Positions 16,221 through 31,775 are shown, counted from the first letter of the stretch. The stretch: DNA of 64,000 bases from Eledone cirrhosa (GCA_964016885.1 OZ024741.1:39866001-39930000), one strand, 5' to 3'. Notes: generated from the letters alone by a model not told the origin. Translations and numbers: made by a program.

Positions 16221-17324
16221 ATGCCTGGGGTGGGTGGGTGATGTTGGTGTGTTATGACGCATGTTTTCCCGGCACCATAGATAACTGATTGTATTTTGTT
16301 AATAGTTTGAGAAAGCAAATAACAATATATCCTATACACACATATACACGCACAAAGCACACACAGAGCATATTCATAGATTCAAAAGGTCTATATACAA
16401 TATTTACAGATACATATAGTCAGTAAAACCAATTAGATTATTTACAGATTATACTTGTACAATTGTATGCATATTTAAAGACAGAATTGAATACAAAATA
16501 TAATAAAGTGCAACGTTTGGTCTATAAATATGTCACATACAAGATACAGCGTGGTTTGCTCTCTCAACATTACATTGACAATGTTCGTCGCAAAATGTAG
16601 GCAGTACTAGTGAGTACAGATTTCTGAAATTCTTTTATATAAGATTTACCTGTTATATGATCGAAGAGTTTGCCAGTTTCCTTGTTTATTAGGCCCTGTG
16701 TCCCAACTATAACTGGAATAGTGATGGTTTTCCACCCTAGACGTTTTAAATCTGTTTCAAGATCCTTTTACTTCGATTTTTTTTTCAAATATCTTATCTT
16801 ATTAGAAAGAACATTCGAAATATTTTGAGAATTTTCACTGAGAAATGGGAAAAATATTTCCAATCGAAATGAAGAGAAAATAAAAAGTAATATAGGGAGA
16901 AGGAGGCAGGGGAAAAAGGAAAGTTATGAGATGAGGAGGGGGCAAGTGAGAGGATGGTAAAGAAAGTGTGAGAGTGAAATATATATATATATATATATAT
17001 ATCCGTAGTAGTAGTAGTAGTGCACTCAGTCCATGGGACGAGTTTGGTACTGAATGAAGTTGTACGGAAAAGGAAAAGCAGGAAAAGGAAAAAAAGGAAA
17101 AAAACTGAATGAAGTTGTACGGAAAAGGAAAAATAACCGAGCTGAAGATCCGTTTAAGGTGAAACATTTGTTCTCGGTATGGTGAACTAACTGTTGTGGA
17201 ACTACTTTTATATAATTGTTTCTATTTTAGGCACAAGGCCAGCAATTATCCAGTACATTACTGGTACTCGACCCCGTAAGGATGAAAGGCAAAGTTAACC
17301 TCGGCAGGATTTTGGTCATTCCTT

Positions 17325-20300
17325 CTTCAACTTTCCAACACCCTCCTTAGAATCTTTGCTGTCCTAGCAAGACTGTTTTCTGTATTATTATTGTTGTTTT
17401 TGGTGTTGTTGTTGTTGCTGTTGTTGTTGTTGTTGTTGCTGTTGTTGTTGTTGTTTGAAACTTCATGTGAATTCCTCTTTACCATAACTTGCAAAGTGTT
17501 AACGTGACACCTGCGGAAAAATTTGGCACAATCAATTGCCATACAAATGATGCCGCAAGGGCACAAACCACAGTAAAAGCAAGGTATTTAAATTGATAAT
17601 GCCCTTCTCAGGACATGGACAGTGTCAGTCAGTAATATTTTCTGTATCTCTTGCAGAAATGGCTTTCCAGATATCTGGAACAAAAATTTTCCCTTCCATT
17701 TTTCATCATTCCAAGTGTACCGACTATCACTGGTATTGTACAGGCTTTAAGATGCCACATTTTCTCAATTTCAATTGACAGATACACTGAGCTTTCAGAA
17801 TTCTTTCGATGAGATGTTACAATCTGATGGAATGCTCATATCAATTAAGAAACATGTTTTCTCTTTATGGTCCTTCACAATTATATAAGGTATGCTGGCC
17901 TTAATTTTTCTGTCAGTGTTCACAGGGAAATCCCACAGGCTTGTCACTTTTTGCCTCCTTTTTACTGCATCTGTGTGATGGTTGTACCATTTTCCCTTTG
18001 TTTTTATACCATAAATCCAGCATAATACCCAGTATAAATATTGCTCCACTCTATCATGCCTCGTTTTATATTCCTGGAGAGCTAATACTTTGCAGTCTGA
18101 AACCAGGTGCCCATTGGTCTCAGTGGTTACAGTGGCTTGAAAATTGCACGTTGAATGGCACAGGTCTTATGCAGCAAAAATTAAGCTCTTGCTTTTGATT
18201 TTAGCCCGGTACTCCGTATTTGCAGACGGGTGATAGTTTGATCGAAATCAGGTTCTTTTCTACAGAGAACATACTGCCTATGCAGTGGCTTTTGCTCTCA
18301 TTTAGTGCGCAGTCTTCGTTGATCTTCATGTTTTGCCAACATTTTTGATGTTCTTTGCAGCTTTAATTGCAGATTCACCATCATTTTCAAAATGTATTCC
18401 CAAATCTTCTGCAAACCTTCTACTTTTCTTGGTGGTTGTATGTAACGTCTTCTTCATTTCGTCCAGGGAGAGAGAAGCGTTTCACATCTGCTTTTGAGAG
18501 ATGCAGTTCATTACAGGTCAGACGTTTCCTGATTTTGGCGCCCATTTTTCTTTATTTCATTAACGTCTCAATTTGATATTGATAACTGTGGATGACAACT
18601 GAGATTGCAAACGTATATTTTATTCTTTGAGTTGAGCTTAGTTTTCATGACAGCACGTACTCTTCGGTAGCATTCCTTCCTGATTCTCTCTTTTATGCTG
18701 GCGTGGTGAATACCTTGGCATTCATTGTTCCTTAGACATATGTAGGTTTGATCCTCTTCTAGTTCCCTAATTATTTTTTTCACATGTATTTCCATTCAGT
18801 TTGTTTTTGCATCCTATCTTTTTTGGATGTTGATTTGGTGTATTTTTCCAATCCAAACTCCATCCCTACATTACGCTAAACACCTTCATGTCTTCAACAG
18901 TCTTCCCAATTCACTCCCATTTTTGGCATACAGTTTCGAGTAATCCATTTGAAACATGAATTATAGCTTTGCTAGAGACAACGGTGTGAGTGCAATGCAA
19001 AATATCAGAGGAGAAAACGAATCACCTTTTAAAATACCACAGTTAATACTTATGTTGCTGGAATTTATAGTTGTATCACCGTGTGACAAGGATAGATTTG
19101 TATTCCATGCAGACATGTTGTAATTCTAGATGTTTGGTATTTTGAGGGAAATTTTCAGAACATACAAAATTTTCAAAATCCATAAGTGGGGAACACTGTC
19201 AAACCAAACAGAACTCAGACGGCTATGCTTATTACAACAGTTTTCCTGAATCATACGGTTAATGAGAAATTGGTTTTGCAATCTTTGCAAACATAAGACC
19301 CACTGTGACAACCCTTCTTCTCAATAGCGAAAATATGATTATCATCCATATATTATTAGGTTATCTCAGTCAAGATTGAGGTGAGAATTTTTTATGATGT
19401 GGGAAGGCAAGTAATAGGACGATAATCTTTTGGAATATTAGTTTCTGTTGTTTGTGGCAAGAGATATGTTATACCTTATAGGCAGCGAATTGGCAGAGTC
19501 ATGAGAACCTCGGATAAAATATTTTGCGGAATTCGTTCCGGCTCTCTACTCTCTTAGTTCAAATCCTACCAAGGTCAACTTTGCCTTTCATCTATTTGAA
19601 GTCAATAAAAATAGCAGTCCAGTACTGGGTTCGATTCTTCCTCTATATCAGTTTCTCATTTCCATTCTCTCACTCTTTCTATCCTCTACAAGAAATCCAC
19701 TGTATTCAGACCTGGAGTGGGCTTCGTCAGGTTTAAAATGCCCAAGAAACGAGTTACGTGACTATGTATGCATGTTATACCTTGTGTAAACTAATCAGGA
19801 GCTTTCTTGGTGTTGTGTATAAGTTCGTTATAACATTTTACTAACAGTTAGAGAAGATAACCAGAGGTTTGACACGTTATCAATGCCAGGATATTTCAAT
19901 CTGTTGGTTTCCTTTTGTGATAATCCCAGTTCTTCCATAGTTATGTCCTGCCAAGTCTGCATTTCTAAATTATTGTATTTTTTCCATGTTCTATATCCAT
20001 TTTGCATTTGCATTAGGAGATTTTTCTGTACTCCATACTGTTTTCCAAGCTTCTTCAATCTCATGGGTTAAAGAAGGTTTCTTTCCTTGAATTGTCTGTG
20101 TCCCAATTTCCGCTTTTCAAATCTTCTGATTCTTTGAGATTTAAGCTGTACTTTCTGTTCCAGGGTTTCTTTCATTGATGGAATATCAGATTTTAAAGTT
20201 ATTTTGATTTCTAAATCACTTTTCTTCCTTTTCTTGGATTGACAGATTTCCCACTACATATTTGATCTGGGATCGAATGTTGTGCCCTTTTCGCATTTTT

Positions 20301-21600
20301 CTTTAACACACATTTCCTTTCTATGACCGTTGCTGTTGCATAAATAACCTCATTTAGTTTTGATACACCAGACTCCATCTCTTCAATTATTGCTTTAACA
20401 GCTGATTTCCAGTTCTTAAGTGTCTTTTGTTCTGGTTGTGGTTTATCAAATTTTGAAAGGACTCTCTTTCACCAATACTAATTTTTTTTCCTATTTCATT
20501 GAGAATTTCTTGTTTTGTTTGTTCTATTTTATCTTTATGCTTATGAGTAGAAATATGTTCATCCATATTGTCAATCTGTCGTTCAGCTTGACCATGCTCT
20601 GTTGTGTTTCTGATACCTTCAATTTTCTGTGAAGTCTCTTCGGCACCTAGGGCAGAGAAACTCACAGCATACACTGATAAGCCACAAAATAAACACACTA
20701 GATTGTTCACGTCTCGCACTTTACATAGTTACAAGTATATCATTTGATTTATACATTTGAACATAATCTATTTACAACAGAATGACATTCAATGATATAA
20801 AAATGCTCAATTATTTACAAGTTACATCATTCTGGAATATATTCTAATAGAGTTAAGTTTAAAAAAATTATATAGATGATTATCTTTCTTACGGCGATAG
20901 TGCTCTCCTCAATACGCGTGCCATACCTGTTAAACCAATGTTTGCACTTCTTACAGTAATGGAAACTAGGGATCATTCTTAAATAATTTTCTGTTCATTT
21001 TTATGATTCCTAGTGCTTCTACAGCCAGTAGTATTGTAACCACCTTCAAATGTCACATTATTTTCAAATTTAGTCAGCAAGATTTTATATTTTTTTAGCT
21101 TGTCAAATTTTTTTGCCGCAATGTTTTTATCCCAGGAGATGTTCATATCAATCAATACAAATACTTTGTTAGTTTGGTCTTTTACAATAATATCTCGACT
21201 GTTAACATTGGTGGTTATGTCTGTATGTACATTAAAGTCTCAAAGCATCGTTAAATTTTCTCTCTCAGTTACAGCTTCAAGGTGATGTTTACACCACCTG
21301 TCAGCAGTTTTGATTTTATAATGCCGATATATTAGTCAGTGTAGATATTGGCCAACTAATATTTATACACTACTGGGGCTAAAACTGTACATCCTGAGAT
21401 TAACTGGTCCACTGTTTCAATCGCATCATTGCAGAATCAGCACTTTGTATCAACTCCATTTCTCACCGCGTTGGCGTGATAGTTCCGAGTTAATAAGCTT
21501 TGATCTTGGGTAGCTAAGATGAAGCCTTTAAGCCTGAGCTACGTAGCCACTGATGAATGGGTTTCTGGTTAAGATCAATTTGTTTTCCATGCAGAGGTTT
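17325..21600 (-). mobile_element. Old degraded R4/Dong LINE remnants (at least two elements) interrupted by a SINE at ~19480-19640
   Basis: LWDFPVNTDRKIKA..CFLIDMSIPSD (17795-18049), IKERIRKECYRRVRAV (18568-18795), KYPGIDNVSNLW (19828-20064); a second RLE 3' end at 20860-21600. Confidence 0.8.
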
Positions 21601-22179
21601 CTGCTCTCACCTCGATGTTAGTTGTTCATTTTTCTTAGCCAGTAATTTTACTTGCTTTGAACAATATTTGCCTCAGTTACCTCGCACTGCCCAGAGCCGT
21701 ATAAAAGTGTTGTCAGTACCACTGCGCGATAAACTGCAACTTATATTTTCAGTGATATATCGCTGACACTCCATAGACCAGGGTTTCCCAACTTGGGTGA
21801 CATCACCCGCCGATGAACGATGTTGGGTGGGTGATGAGCAACCGAACTGAAATTGGTGGGCTATTGGAAGTTGTGTTGGACGATAAAGGATTTTGAGTAT
21901 TAAGATGTTTCAACATATGCTACCCGAATAAATATTCAAAGGAGATAAGCAATAAATTTGTATAAAAAGGGAACCTAAACGAAAATAACTGAGCCACATT
22001 CCGAGATAACATATAAACAATCTCACCAACAATGAACATTTTGGTACTTTTTAGTTTTGAGAAGGGTTATTACCATTCAAATAGTCCTTCTGACGAAATA
22101 ACATTTTTGTGGGGAGAGGGGAATATAAACCAGATAAGGTAAGACCGAGTTTATGTTTCTTGGCGGAGGTAAGAAAATG

Positions 22180-22213
<34 letters not shown>

Positions 22214-22594
22214 TGTATGTATGTATGTATGTGTGTATGTATGTATGTGTGTATGTATGTATGTATGTATGTAAGTATGTATGTATGTAAGTATGTATGT
22301 ATTTATGTATGTATGTATATTTGTATTTATGTATGTATATATGTTTGTATATATGAATGTATATATGTCTGTATGTGTGTATGTATGTATGTATGTATGT
22401 GTGTATATGTGTCTGTATGTGTGTGTGCGTGTGTGTATGTATGTGTGTGTGTATGTATTGATTAGCCGTCTATGAAGGAAGAAGAACTCAATATATGTAA
22501 CTATGCTGTCAGACAATGAATCAATCATATTGTGTGTGTGGGGGGAGTAGATAGAGATAGTAAAGGAGAGGGAGAGAGAGAGGTGAGAGAGAGA

Positions 22595-22663
<69 letters not shown>

Positions 22664-23276
22664 CCACACAACCCTCTACTGACCATTTTTCGAAACTTTT
22701 GTTCGTCTACACGATTTCTCCATAACACAGCCAGCCAAATTTAGACCAATCAGAGTCTTGCTAGTGTGATGTCAGATTATAGGAGGAAGCTAAATGAACG
22801 ATACACCTCGTGATAATGAATTCTTATCAAAGACGTACGTTTTCACATAACTGACCTCCTGTGGTCCATATCAAAGACTGCTTAGACACAGAGGTAGTTA
22901 GCAGTGGATGAGTCTTCAATAAGACAGCTTAATTCCTTTTAAACTACCTTCTAGTCAATCACTGTGTGTCTATCGGTCCCAGCATACGAACAATAACGGA
23001 CAAACGTACGCACACAAACACTCAAACAGACAAGCATACACATACGCATACGCACAAACATACACGCTCGCATATGATAAAATGATGTGTTTATACAGAA
23101 TAGAAGTAACTTTATATTTATTATATCATATATATATATCATATATATATCATATATATATATCATATATATATATATCATATATATATATATATCATAT
23201 ATATATATATATTATATATATATATATCATATATATATATCATATATATATATCATATATATATCATATATATATA

Positions 23277-23705
23277 TTGTAAGTTGTGATGTTGCTGTTC
23301 CATTCATGTTTTCTATGACAAAATGAAAACACACACGCACATAGAACAAACAACCAACCAGTAACATGCAAATAAACAAATAAATAAACGAATATAAACA
23401 CACACGGACACCCGGATGTAACACATGCGCAAACTAAGCACACAACACACACACAAAAACAAGATGGCGTAGGACAGAACAAAGGAGAGACACAAAAACA
23501 AAGAAAAGAATCTGTAGTCACTGAAGAGGTCACAGAATGTGTGACGAAAGAACTTTGACAATATATAAACAATCATCTGGTTGCGGAACTAACCAACCAA
23601 CCGGAAATTTATAAATTCCTAAATTTATAAATTTATTATAATAAATTGAAGTGAAAGTAACTGGTGCGTGTGTTTCTTATTGGCAACATGACCCTCCCAA
23701 AGTAT

Positions 23706-23710
<5 letters not shown>
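23277..23710 (+). mobile_element. TA-embedded ~430 bp HHR-bearing non-coding element (same family as 57787-58840 and 60798-60960)
   Basis: Direct sequence match to 58480-58840; flanked by TA-rich tracts on both sides. Confidence 0.85.
23517..23559 (+). ncRNA. Minimal type I hammerhead ribozyme (CUU triplet)
   Basis: gtca-CTGAAGA-g-gtcaca-gaatg-tgtgac-GAAAG-aa-CTT-tgac. Confidence 0.75.
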
Positions 23711-23752
<42 letters not shown>

Positions 23753-24300
23753 CTCACACACACGTATACAAATATGTATATATTATATATTGATGTGTCT
23801 CTATGTGTGTCTGTTCTAAATACGGTAGTATTTAGAACAGACACACATCAACTGAATGACAACGTAATACTGGGTAGAATGTTGACATTTATTTGCTGAG
23901 CAAAAGAGACAGTGACTTCGAAATTTCAATACAGTCGTTTCGACCACAAACCCGGAACGTCAACAGCCTGTCTGAGGAAGGAATGCCGCCAGGTGGGGTG
24001 GCTGTTGCAGTGGGTGTCGCTGGTTATTGTCCGTGGAAATACATTTGCAGTCTTGTCCGCGGGACGCAGCCCTAGTCATAGAGCATATCTCCCTCTCCCT
24101 TACCCTTCACTTTCTTCCGTGGCTTAATAGTCCTTGCTTTTTCTCCTGCCTTTCCTCTCATTTATAGCATTTATAGCCCCTTCTCCTACTTTCCTATACA
24201 GTCAGATCGGCCTGTCTTTACTCCCTCCCATCTTTGTTTGTTTCTTGGTTTTGTTTTTATCTTTTGTTTTCATGTTTCATCAATATTAATTAGACAACAG

Positions 24301-25005
24301 GGGCGGTGGATTGGCAGTATCGGTAGTGGGTCGGACGCCATGATTTGACGTATAGAGTTACGGCCCTTGCCATTCTGAGTTCAAATCCCGCCGAAGTTAA
24401 CTTTGCCTTTCATCCTTACGGGGTCGATAAAATAAAGTACCAGTAATGTACCTGGTAATTGCTGGCCTTGTGCCTAAAGTAGAAACAATTAATTAGACAA
24501 CAGTGAATAAAAGAAATTGTAAAAAAAAAAACAAGTTTATATATCATGGAATCTGATTTAGGCACAAGGTCAACAATTTTTTTGGGGGGAGAGGGAATGT
24601 CGATTAAATCGACCCCATTGCATTACTTGTGCTTTATTTTATCGAACCCGTAAGGATGAAAGGCAAAGCTAATCTCTTGGGATAGGAAATGATAACGTAA
24701 AGAGCCGTAACTCTGTGCCGTGAAGCTTGTTGTCCGACGCTCTACCGATATTCCCAATTCACCGCCCTTAAATATATTTATATATGATAGTTTCTGATTT
24801 AGACACAGGGCCAACCATTTTAGGGGAGGGGAGAGTCGATTAAATCAAAGCCAGTGCATTACTGGTACTTTATTTTATCGACCCCGTAAGGTTGAAAGGC
24901 AAAGTTAACCTCGGCGGGATTTGAACTCCGAATGGCAAGAGCCGTAACTCTATGCGTTAAAGCATGGTGTCCGGCCCTCTACCGATACTGCCAATCCACC
25001 GCCCT
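24301..25005. mobile_element. Three SINE copies (24301-24492 +, 24550-24770 -, 24790-25005 -)
   Basis: Family head, Nin-like core and tail present. Confidence 0.88.
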
Positions 25006-25300
25006 CTTATGTATATATAATAATGATGCCTACACTCTAACTTTCTACCGTTTGTAACTGTACTTAACTCCCCCCCCCCCCCACTACAACGCAGGAATAT
25101 ATATATATATATACAATTCAATACATAAACAGAGAAAGCCTTAAGCGATACTCCGACCAACTCCATCTCACTCAACAAACAATAGTATATACTAAAGTAT
25201 TATCCCAATTTAGTGTTTGGGGTGCTAACTAATCAGTATTTCATGGATAGTTGGTTGTATTATTTTATATGAGACATTATTAAATAAATATCTCTTTCCT

Positions 25301-25424
25301 TCCAGACGGCCGTTTCGCTATAAGATTTTTACAATTTGGGATAAATAATTTCCAGGTTATGTAGAAAGTTGTATATAATCCATAGTTTTATACACAAGCG
25401 GGCCCTTATAAACTCATCAGTGGA
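25301..25424 (-). ncRNA. Type I hammerhead ribozyme with a long stem II insert, within TA-flanked element 25112-25545
   Basis: Minus strand: tcca-CTGATGA-gtttataag...cttatagc-GAAAC-ggcc-GTC-tgga; palindromic stem III ACGGCCGT. Related fragments at 31260-31385 and 45785-45960. Confidence 0.8.
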
Positions 25425-25555
25425 TGCCCAAATAATATCGATATAAGAATGATATCGACATTAATAGAATGGTGATGGTCTCACTCAGCGCTAAGAAGAG
25501 ACTGGTAGATTAGAAAATCCAGCAGTCCTCCCAAAGATAAAATACACACACACAT

Positions 25556-25625
<70 letters not shown>

Positions 25626-25785
25626 TTTCTGAATTTAGTAATAAATAAGTTTAGTAATAAATTACTGACCTTCACTGTTTAGGGTTTAAAATATACATAA
25701 CTATAAAAAGTTTAAAATATACATAACCATAAATAGTATCCTTAATATTATATATGTATATTATATATGTATATAATATATATAC

Positions 25786-25830
<45 letters not shown>

Positions 25831-26329
25831 CAAAGAATGTGTTGGTTAGAAACCAGGTGGACCATAACGCACTAGAGTACTCGATACTTAGGGTAGTAGA
25901 GTGGGTAATAGGAAAAATGTCAGGATCCGATCTAGCTGTCGGACCTAGCTGTCGAAACGGCCGGAGCTCAGTCGTCGGGGTCCTGACTATTTTCCTATAT
26001 ATACATATATATATGGCGGCGATTTGGCAGATTCGTTAGAAGGTCGGGTAAAATATTTTATGCTATTTGTTCTGGCTCTCTGCTCTTTGAGTTCAAATCC
26101 CGCCTTTCATCCTTTCGAGGGCGATAAAAATGTACCAGTCTCGTACTGGGTTGATTCTTCCTCTATATCTCTTTCTCGCTTCTATTCTCTCATTCCCTAT
26201 CCTTCTCTAGAAGAGTTCAAACCTGAAGATGGATGGTCTCCCCTATGTTTAAATATGCCCAAGATACAGACTCGAGAGTTATGGGACCATGTATGCACTA
26301 TTGGGAATATTGTTGGTGGTGGTGTAGAT

Positions 26330-28167
26330 GGTATGGTTTTTATTGTTTTGCTGTTGATGTTGTTGTTGTTGCTGTTGGTATTGTTATTATTGTGATTGGA
26401 TGAGTTGTAGTTGTTGTTGTTGTGGTTTGGTGTTGGTGGTAGTGGTGGATGGTGATGGTGGTGTTGTTGATGGGAACGGATGACAGGGATTTAGGTTTGT
26501 TGATTCTGGTGGGAGTTGTTGGTGGAGAACCTTGAATATGACTCATCATCATCATTATCAACAACATCATCATCATTATCATCAATTCCATCACCTTAAT
26601 CATCGACGACAAGAACAACAACATCAACAAAAAACACAACACTGCTCACACCACCAACACCACACCACACACTACCCCAATCATCACCCTCTCCAGCACC
26701 ACCACCAAACTATCCCAATCACCACGACATCACCACCACCACCACCAACAACAACAACACTGTTCTAACCACCACCATCACCATCACCACCACCACCACA
26801 CCACCACCACTCTAAACATCTACACAGTATCATCATCAACATCACCATCTTCACCATTACTATCATCACCAACAACAACACGATCAACATTGCCTCCAAA
26901 AACAACAACAGCAACAACAACGACAACTCGAATACCACCACCACCACCACCACTAACCACACCAACTTCTCCACAACCACCACTACCAACAACCTCTCCA
27001 CCCCTCTCATCATCAACACCACCACAATCATCATCATCTTCAGCATCATCGCCATGATTATCATCATCGTCAACATCATCTCACCAATCATCATCATCGT
27101 CTTCATCTTCGTCATCATTATCATCATGTTCCCCGTCATCAACATCAGCAACAACACCAATACCACGTCCAACAACAAAACGAATACCACGACCACCACC
27201 ACCACGACCACCACCACCACGACCACCACCACCACCACCACCACCACCACCACCACCACCACCACCACCACCACCACCACCACTACTACCACCACCACTA
27301 ATAGCACCAACATCTCCACAACCACCACTACCACCAATACCACCACCACCACTACCACCACCACCACCACCACCACCACCACCACCACTACCACCACCAC
27401 CACCACCACCACCACCACCACCACCACCACCACCACCACCACCACCACTACCACCACCACCACCACCACCACCACCACCACCATCACCACCACTACCACC
27501 ACCACCACCACCACCACTACCACCACCACCACCACCACCACCACCACCACCACCACCACCACCACCACCACCACCACTACTACCACCACCACTAATAGCA
27601 CCAACATCTCCACAACCACCACTACCACCAACAACTCACTAAAAATACACCACCACCACCACCACAACCACCAACAACCTCCCCACCACTACCACCTTCA
27701 TCACTATCATTATCATAACCTTTATGATCAACATTGCCACCGTGACAACCGGTATTACCACCAACACCACCACCACCACCACCACCACAACCACCATCAT
27801 CACTACCACCACCAGCACCAACACCATCACCACCACCACCACCACCACCACCACCACGACCACCACTACCACCACTACCACCACTACCACCACCACCACC
27901 ACCACCACCACTACCACCACCACCACCACCACCACTACCACCACCACCACCACCACCACCACCACCACCACTACCACCACCACCACCACCATCACTACCA
28001 CCACCACCACCACCACCACTACCACCACCACCACCACCACCACCACCACCACCACCACCACCACTACCACCACTACCACCACTACCACCACCACGACCAC
28101 CACTACCACCACTACCACCACTACCACCACCACCACCACCACCACCACTACCACCACCACCACCACT

Positions 28168-28198
<31 letters not shown>

Positions 28199-28245
28199 CC
28201 ACCACCACCACCATCACTACCACCACCACCACCACCACCACCACA
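26330..28245. repeat. Long (CAC/CAT/CAA)n low-complexity array
   Basis: About 1.9 kb of trinucleotide runs; source of the poly-T/H/V pseudo-ORFs. Confidence 0.97.
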
Positions 28246-28780
28246 TTATCTGTGCCATCTCTCTAGCTGTCATACGACTGATCCCTAAATGACAGACGAT
28301 ATTTCGTTTGAAATATTAACCAAGCTTGCCTGCATTGGGCGTGTGTGTATATATATATATAGAGAGAGAGAGATGCGTGTGGGGGTATGCGTGTATGTAT
28401 ATGTATGTGTATGTGTTTGTATGTGTATGTGTTTCTGTGTATGTGTGTCTACGTATTTGTGTATGTGTCTGTGTGTGTATGCGTGTGTATGAGTATGTCT
28501 GTGTGTGTGTGTGTGTGTGTGTGTGCGAAGAGGCGATGGTCCTTTTGGAAATGACGTGAAATTGATAGAGCAGAATCGCAGCAGGAAAAAAGAGCATCAA
28601 TTGGTTTCACACACACACACACACACACGCGCGCATGCACACACATACACATACGTACACATACACACAAATACACACACTCATACACATACATAAACGT
28701 ACACTCATGAACACATACACACACACACATGCATGCAGGCAGACACTCATGCGCACATATACACACACTCACACACACAC

Positions 28781-28840
<60 letters not shown>

Positions 28841-29110
28841 GTGGGCACAGAGATGACTGTGCGGTTGAGACGTTCAGACGTCAAGACTGGGACATGATAT
28901 TAGTTCCTGATATTTCATATATATAGGAACAAGTATGACCCCGACGGCAGAGCTCGAGCCGTTTCGACGGCTAATCCACAATTAGCCGTCGAAACGGCTT
29001 GAACTCTGCCATCGGGGTCATACTTGTTCCTATTACCCACTCTACTACCCTAAGTATTTAGTACTTTGGTGCGTTATGGTCCATCTGGTTCCTTACCACA
29101 TTTCCTTCGT

Positions 29111-29316
<206 letters not shown>

Positions 29317-29408
29317 TATATAGTAAATGAAACAAACAAAACATAGGAGGCAATTTTACACAATTATATTAGGTTAACGCCGCTTGGAGGAATATATATA
29401 TAAAGATA

Positions 29409-29503
29409 TAGCGGAACCTCAGTTCACGAAATTCATCTGTTTGTCGTCCGAAATGTTCCTAAGCCGAAGCCATTTTCCCCATACGAGATGTTGAAACAGA
29501 AAT

Positions 29504-29592
<89 letters not shown>

Positions 29593-29762
29593 GTGTGAAA
29601 GACAGATATATATCACCATAGTAACTAACTATGCAGCGATGAAATTGTTCTGCCTTATCGCCATCTGACGTTGCCGGCTTGCGTGTTCGTTACTCGAGAC
29701 ACCATTCGTCAACCAAGACGTTTTATTTTCGGAAAATGTTATCAAGAGCCGAGGTTCCACTG
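29409..29762. mobile_element. Tc1/mariner (Tigger/pogo-like) non-autonomous element
   Basis: TA|tagcggaacctcag ... ccgaggttccactg|TA: imperfect TIR (consensus CAGTGGAACCTCGG) with TA flanks; internal (GA)n. Confidence 0.65.
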
Positions 29763-29940
29763 TATATATATGTTTACTTAATCAACCAGTTGATGCAGTA
29801 AAAGTATCTCATGTATCCATGTATATATTTCGAATCACTGCTCTCTCTCTCTCTCTTCCTCTATCCACCCTCTCTCTCTCATTCTATCCTCTCTCTCCTT
29901 CTCTCTCTTTCTCTCTACTCGCCACCTCTCTCTGCCAATA

Positions 29941-29998
<58 letters not shown>

Positions 29999-30116
29999 GA
30001 AAATGTTCGCTCTACATGGCTGAATACAATGAATGTATATATATGTATATATATACTCAGCCGTTAATATGCATAAGGTAAGTATATACGTTCAAAAATC
30101 TGACAGGAAGGTGTAC

Positions 30117-30155
30117 GTTGCTGAGGATAGCTAATAAGCTTGAAACTAGTACAGC
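30117..30155 (+). ncRNA. Minimal type I hammerhead ribozyme in element 30055-30392
   Basis: gttg-CTGAGGA-tagctaataagctt-GAAAC-ta-GTA-cagc; palindromic stem III ACTAGT. Confidence 0.8.
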
Positions 30156-30387
30156 TTTCCTTTGTCAGTGTTGAACAAACGAGCAACGATGGTTGCTAGA
30201 CACTACGGCTTAATACGGGATGTTTGTTTACAAGCACACCGAGCATTATAATATATGTGTGCATGTATGTATATATATATACATACTACTGTACGTCTGT
30301 ATACATATATGTATGTACGTGTACTTACTTATATTTAAGTAACAGCCGTACTAAGAGTGGGAAATGAAATTTCGTTTCATTTTTTCC

Positions 30388-30443
<56 letters not shown>

Positions 30444-30811
30444 TATATGTGTGTGTGTGTGTGTGTGTGTATGACCCTGGTATGCGAGTATATGCATTTA
30501 CGTTAGTGCATATCCGTGTCTCCGTGTCTGTGTGTCTGAGTAATTGCATATGCATGTGTGTGTGTATGTGCGTGTGTGGATGTGTGTGTGTGGATGTGTG
30601 TGTGTGTGTGTGTGTGTGTGTATCCTTGTGAGTGTATGTGTGTGTGTGTGTAATAAGACACACGCAAGAAGTGAACTGCAATATCAATTAATTACGCTTC
30701 CTTTATTTGTATACAAAATATACATATAACGACACACACACACACACATATACACACACATACACATACACACACATACACACACACACACATAGATATG
30801 TATCTTTCTGT

Positions 30812-30932
30812 GAAGGAGCGTTCTTGAGTGATTAGAGAATTGGATTCGTAATCGTGAGGTTGTGAGTTCGATTCCTGGACGGGCGATGCGTTATGTCCTT
30901 GAGCAAGACACTTTATTTCACCTTGCTCCTTC
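30812..30932 (+). mobile_element. 5' part of a second tRNA-derived SINE family
   Basis: B-box gagttcgattcc followed by the gtccttgagcaagacactt central motif. Confidence 0.65.
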
Positions 30933-31190
30933 TATCTGGAGCTGCGACCGATAGATAGTACTAGCAATTAGAAAAACCAATGGAAACAGTGTTTCCTCGG
31001 TCCGTTTTGACCAAAGTCGATCGAATATATACATTTAATATGGAAATAATCAGTGATGCATCGGAACACAAATTTGTTCCGATGCATCACGGATTCTCCG
31101 TTTTCCGTATCATCATACTCTGCCCCGAATAAACATAGAGTGCTCAACCGGCATACCGCCTAACGACGCATCCAAGCAACCTTACCTCAA

Positions 31191-31242
<52 letters not shown>

Positions 31243-31383
31243 ATACAACTGGCTTTTCCACATAATACATATTGATAGCACCCCAAACACTTAAATTGGG
31301 TTTATATTAAAATATAACCTAATGTTTGTTGAGTGAGATGGTTACCAGTCAGAGATTAGCTTTAAACTATCTCTGTTATTGTA

Positions 31384-31446
<63 letters not shown>

Positions 31447-31487
31447 CTCAGATGTGAGAAAAACCACAGACCCTCCATCTCAACTCA

Positions 31488-31525
31488 CCTTTTGAAAAGC
31501 AGAAGAACTGCTAAACCGGTAAAGG
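31488..31525 (+). ncRNA. Minimal hammerhead with U3-A8 core (element 31450-31662; G12>T in this copy)
   Basis: cctt-TTGAAAA-gcag-aagaa-ctgc-TAAAC-cg-GTA-aagg; the sister copy at 61585-61620 has intact GAAAC. Confidence 0.65.
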
Positions 31526-31655
31526 AACCAAATAAATATATATATTTTTTTTAAAATAAGACTTCAGTTGCATTTTCGATTTCATCTCTTTTTCTTTATA
31601 TTTTCACTCGTATAGGACACCTCGGTTATTTTTCATTTTGTAAAAAAAAACTCAC

Positions 31656-31775
<120 letters not shown>

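Noticed and set aside
23890-24070. CTGAGGA and GAAAC motifs in a GC-richer island
   Set aside because: Could not build consistent stems I-III by eye.
24301-24400. tRNA gene
   Set aside because: A/B-box-like head continues into the SINE body; no proper cloverleaf.
26765-28292. Long ORFs (300-412 aa) of poly-V/T/H
   Set aside because: Translations of (CAC)n microsatellite; no splice or domain evidence.
31053-31090. 15 bp perfect hairpin gtgatgcatcggaac/gttccgatgcatcac
   Set aside because: Isolated, with no terminator or ribozyme context established; probably a small fold-back in a repeat fragment.
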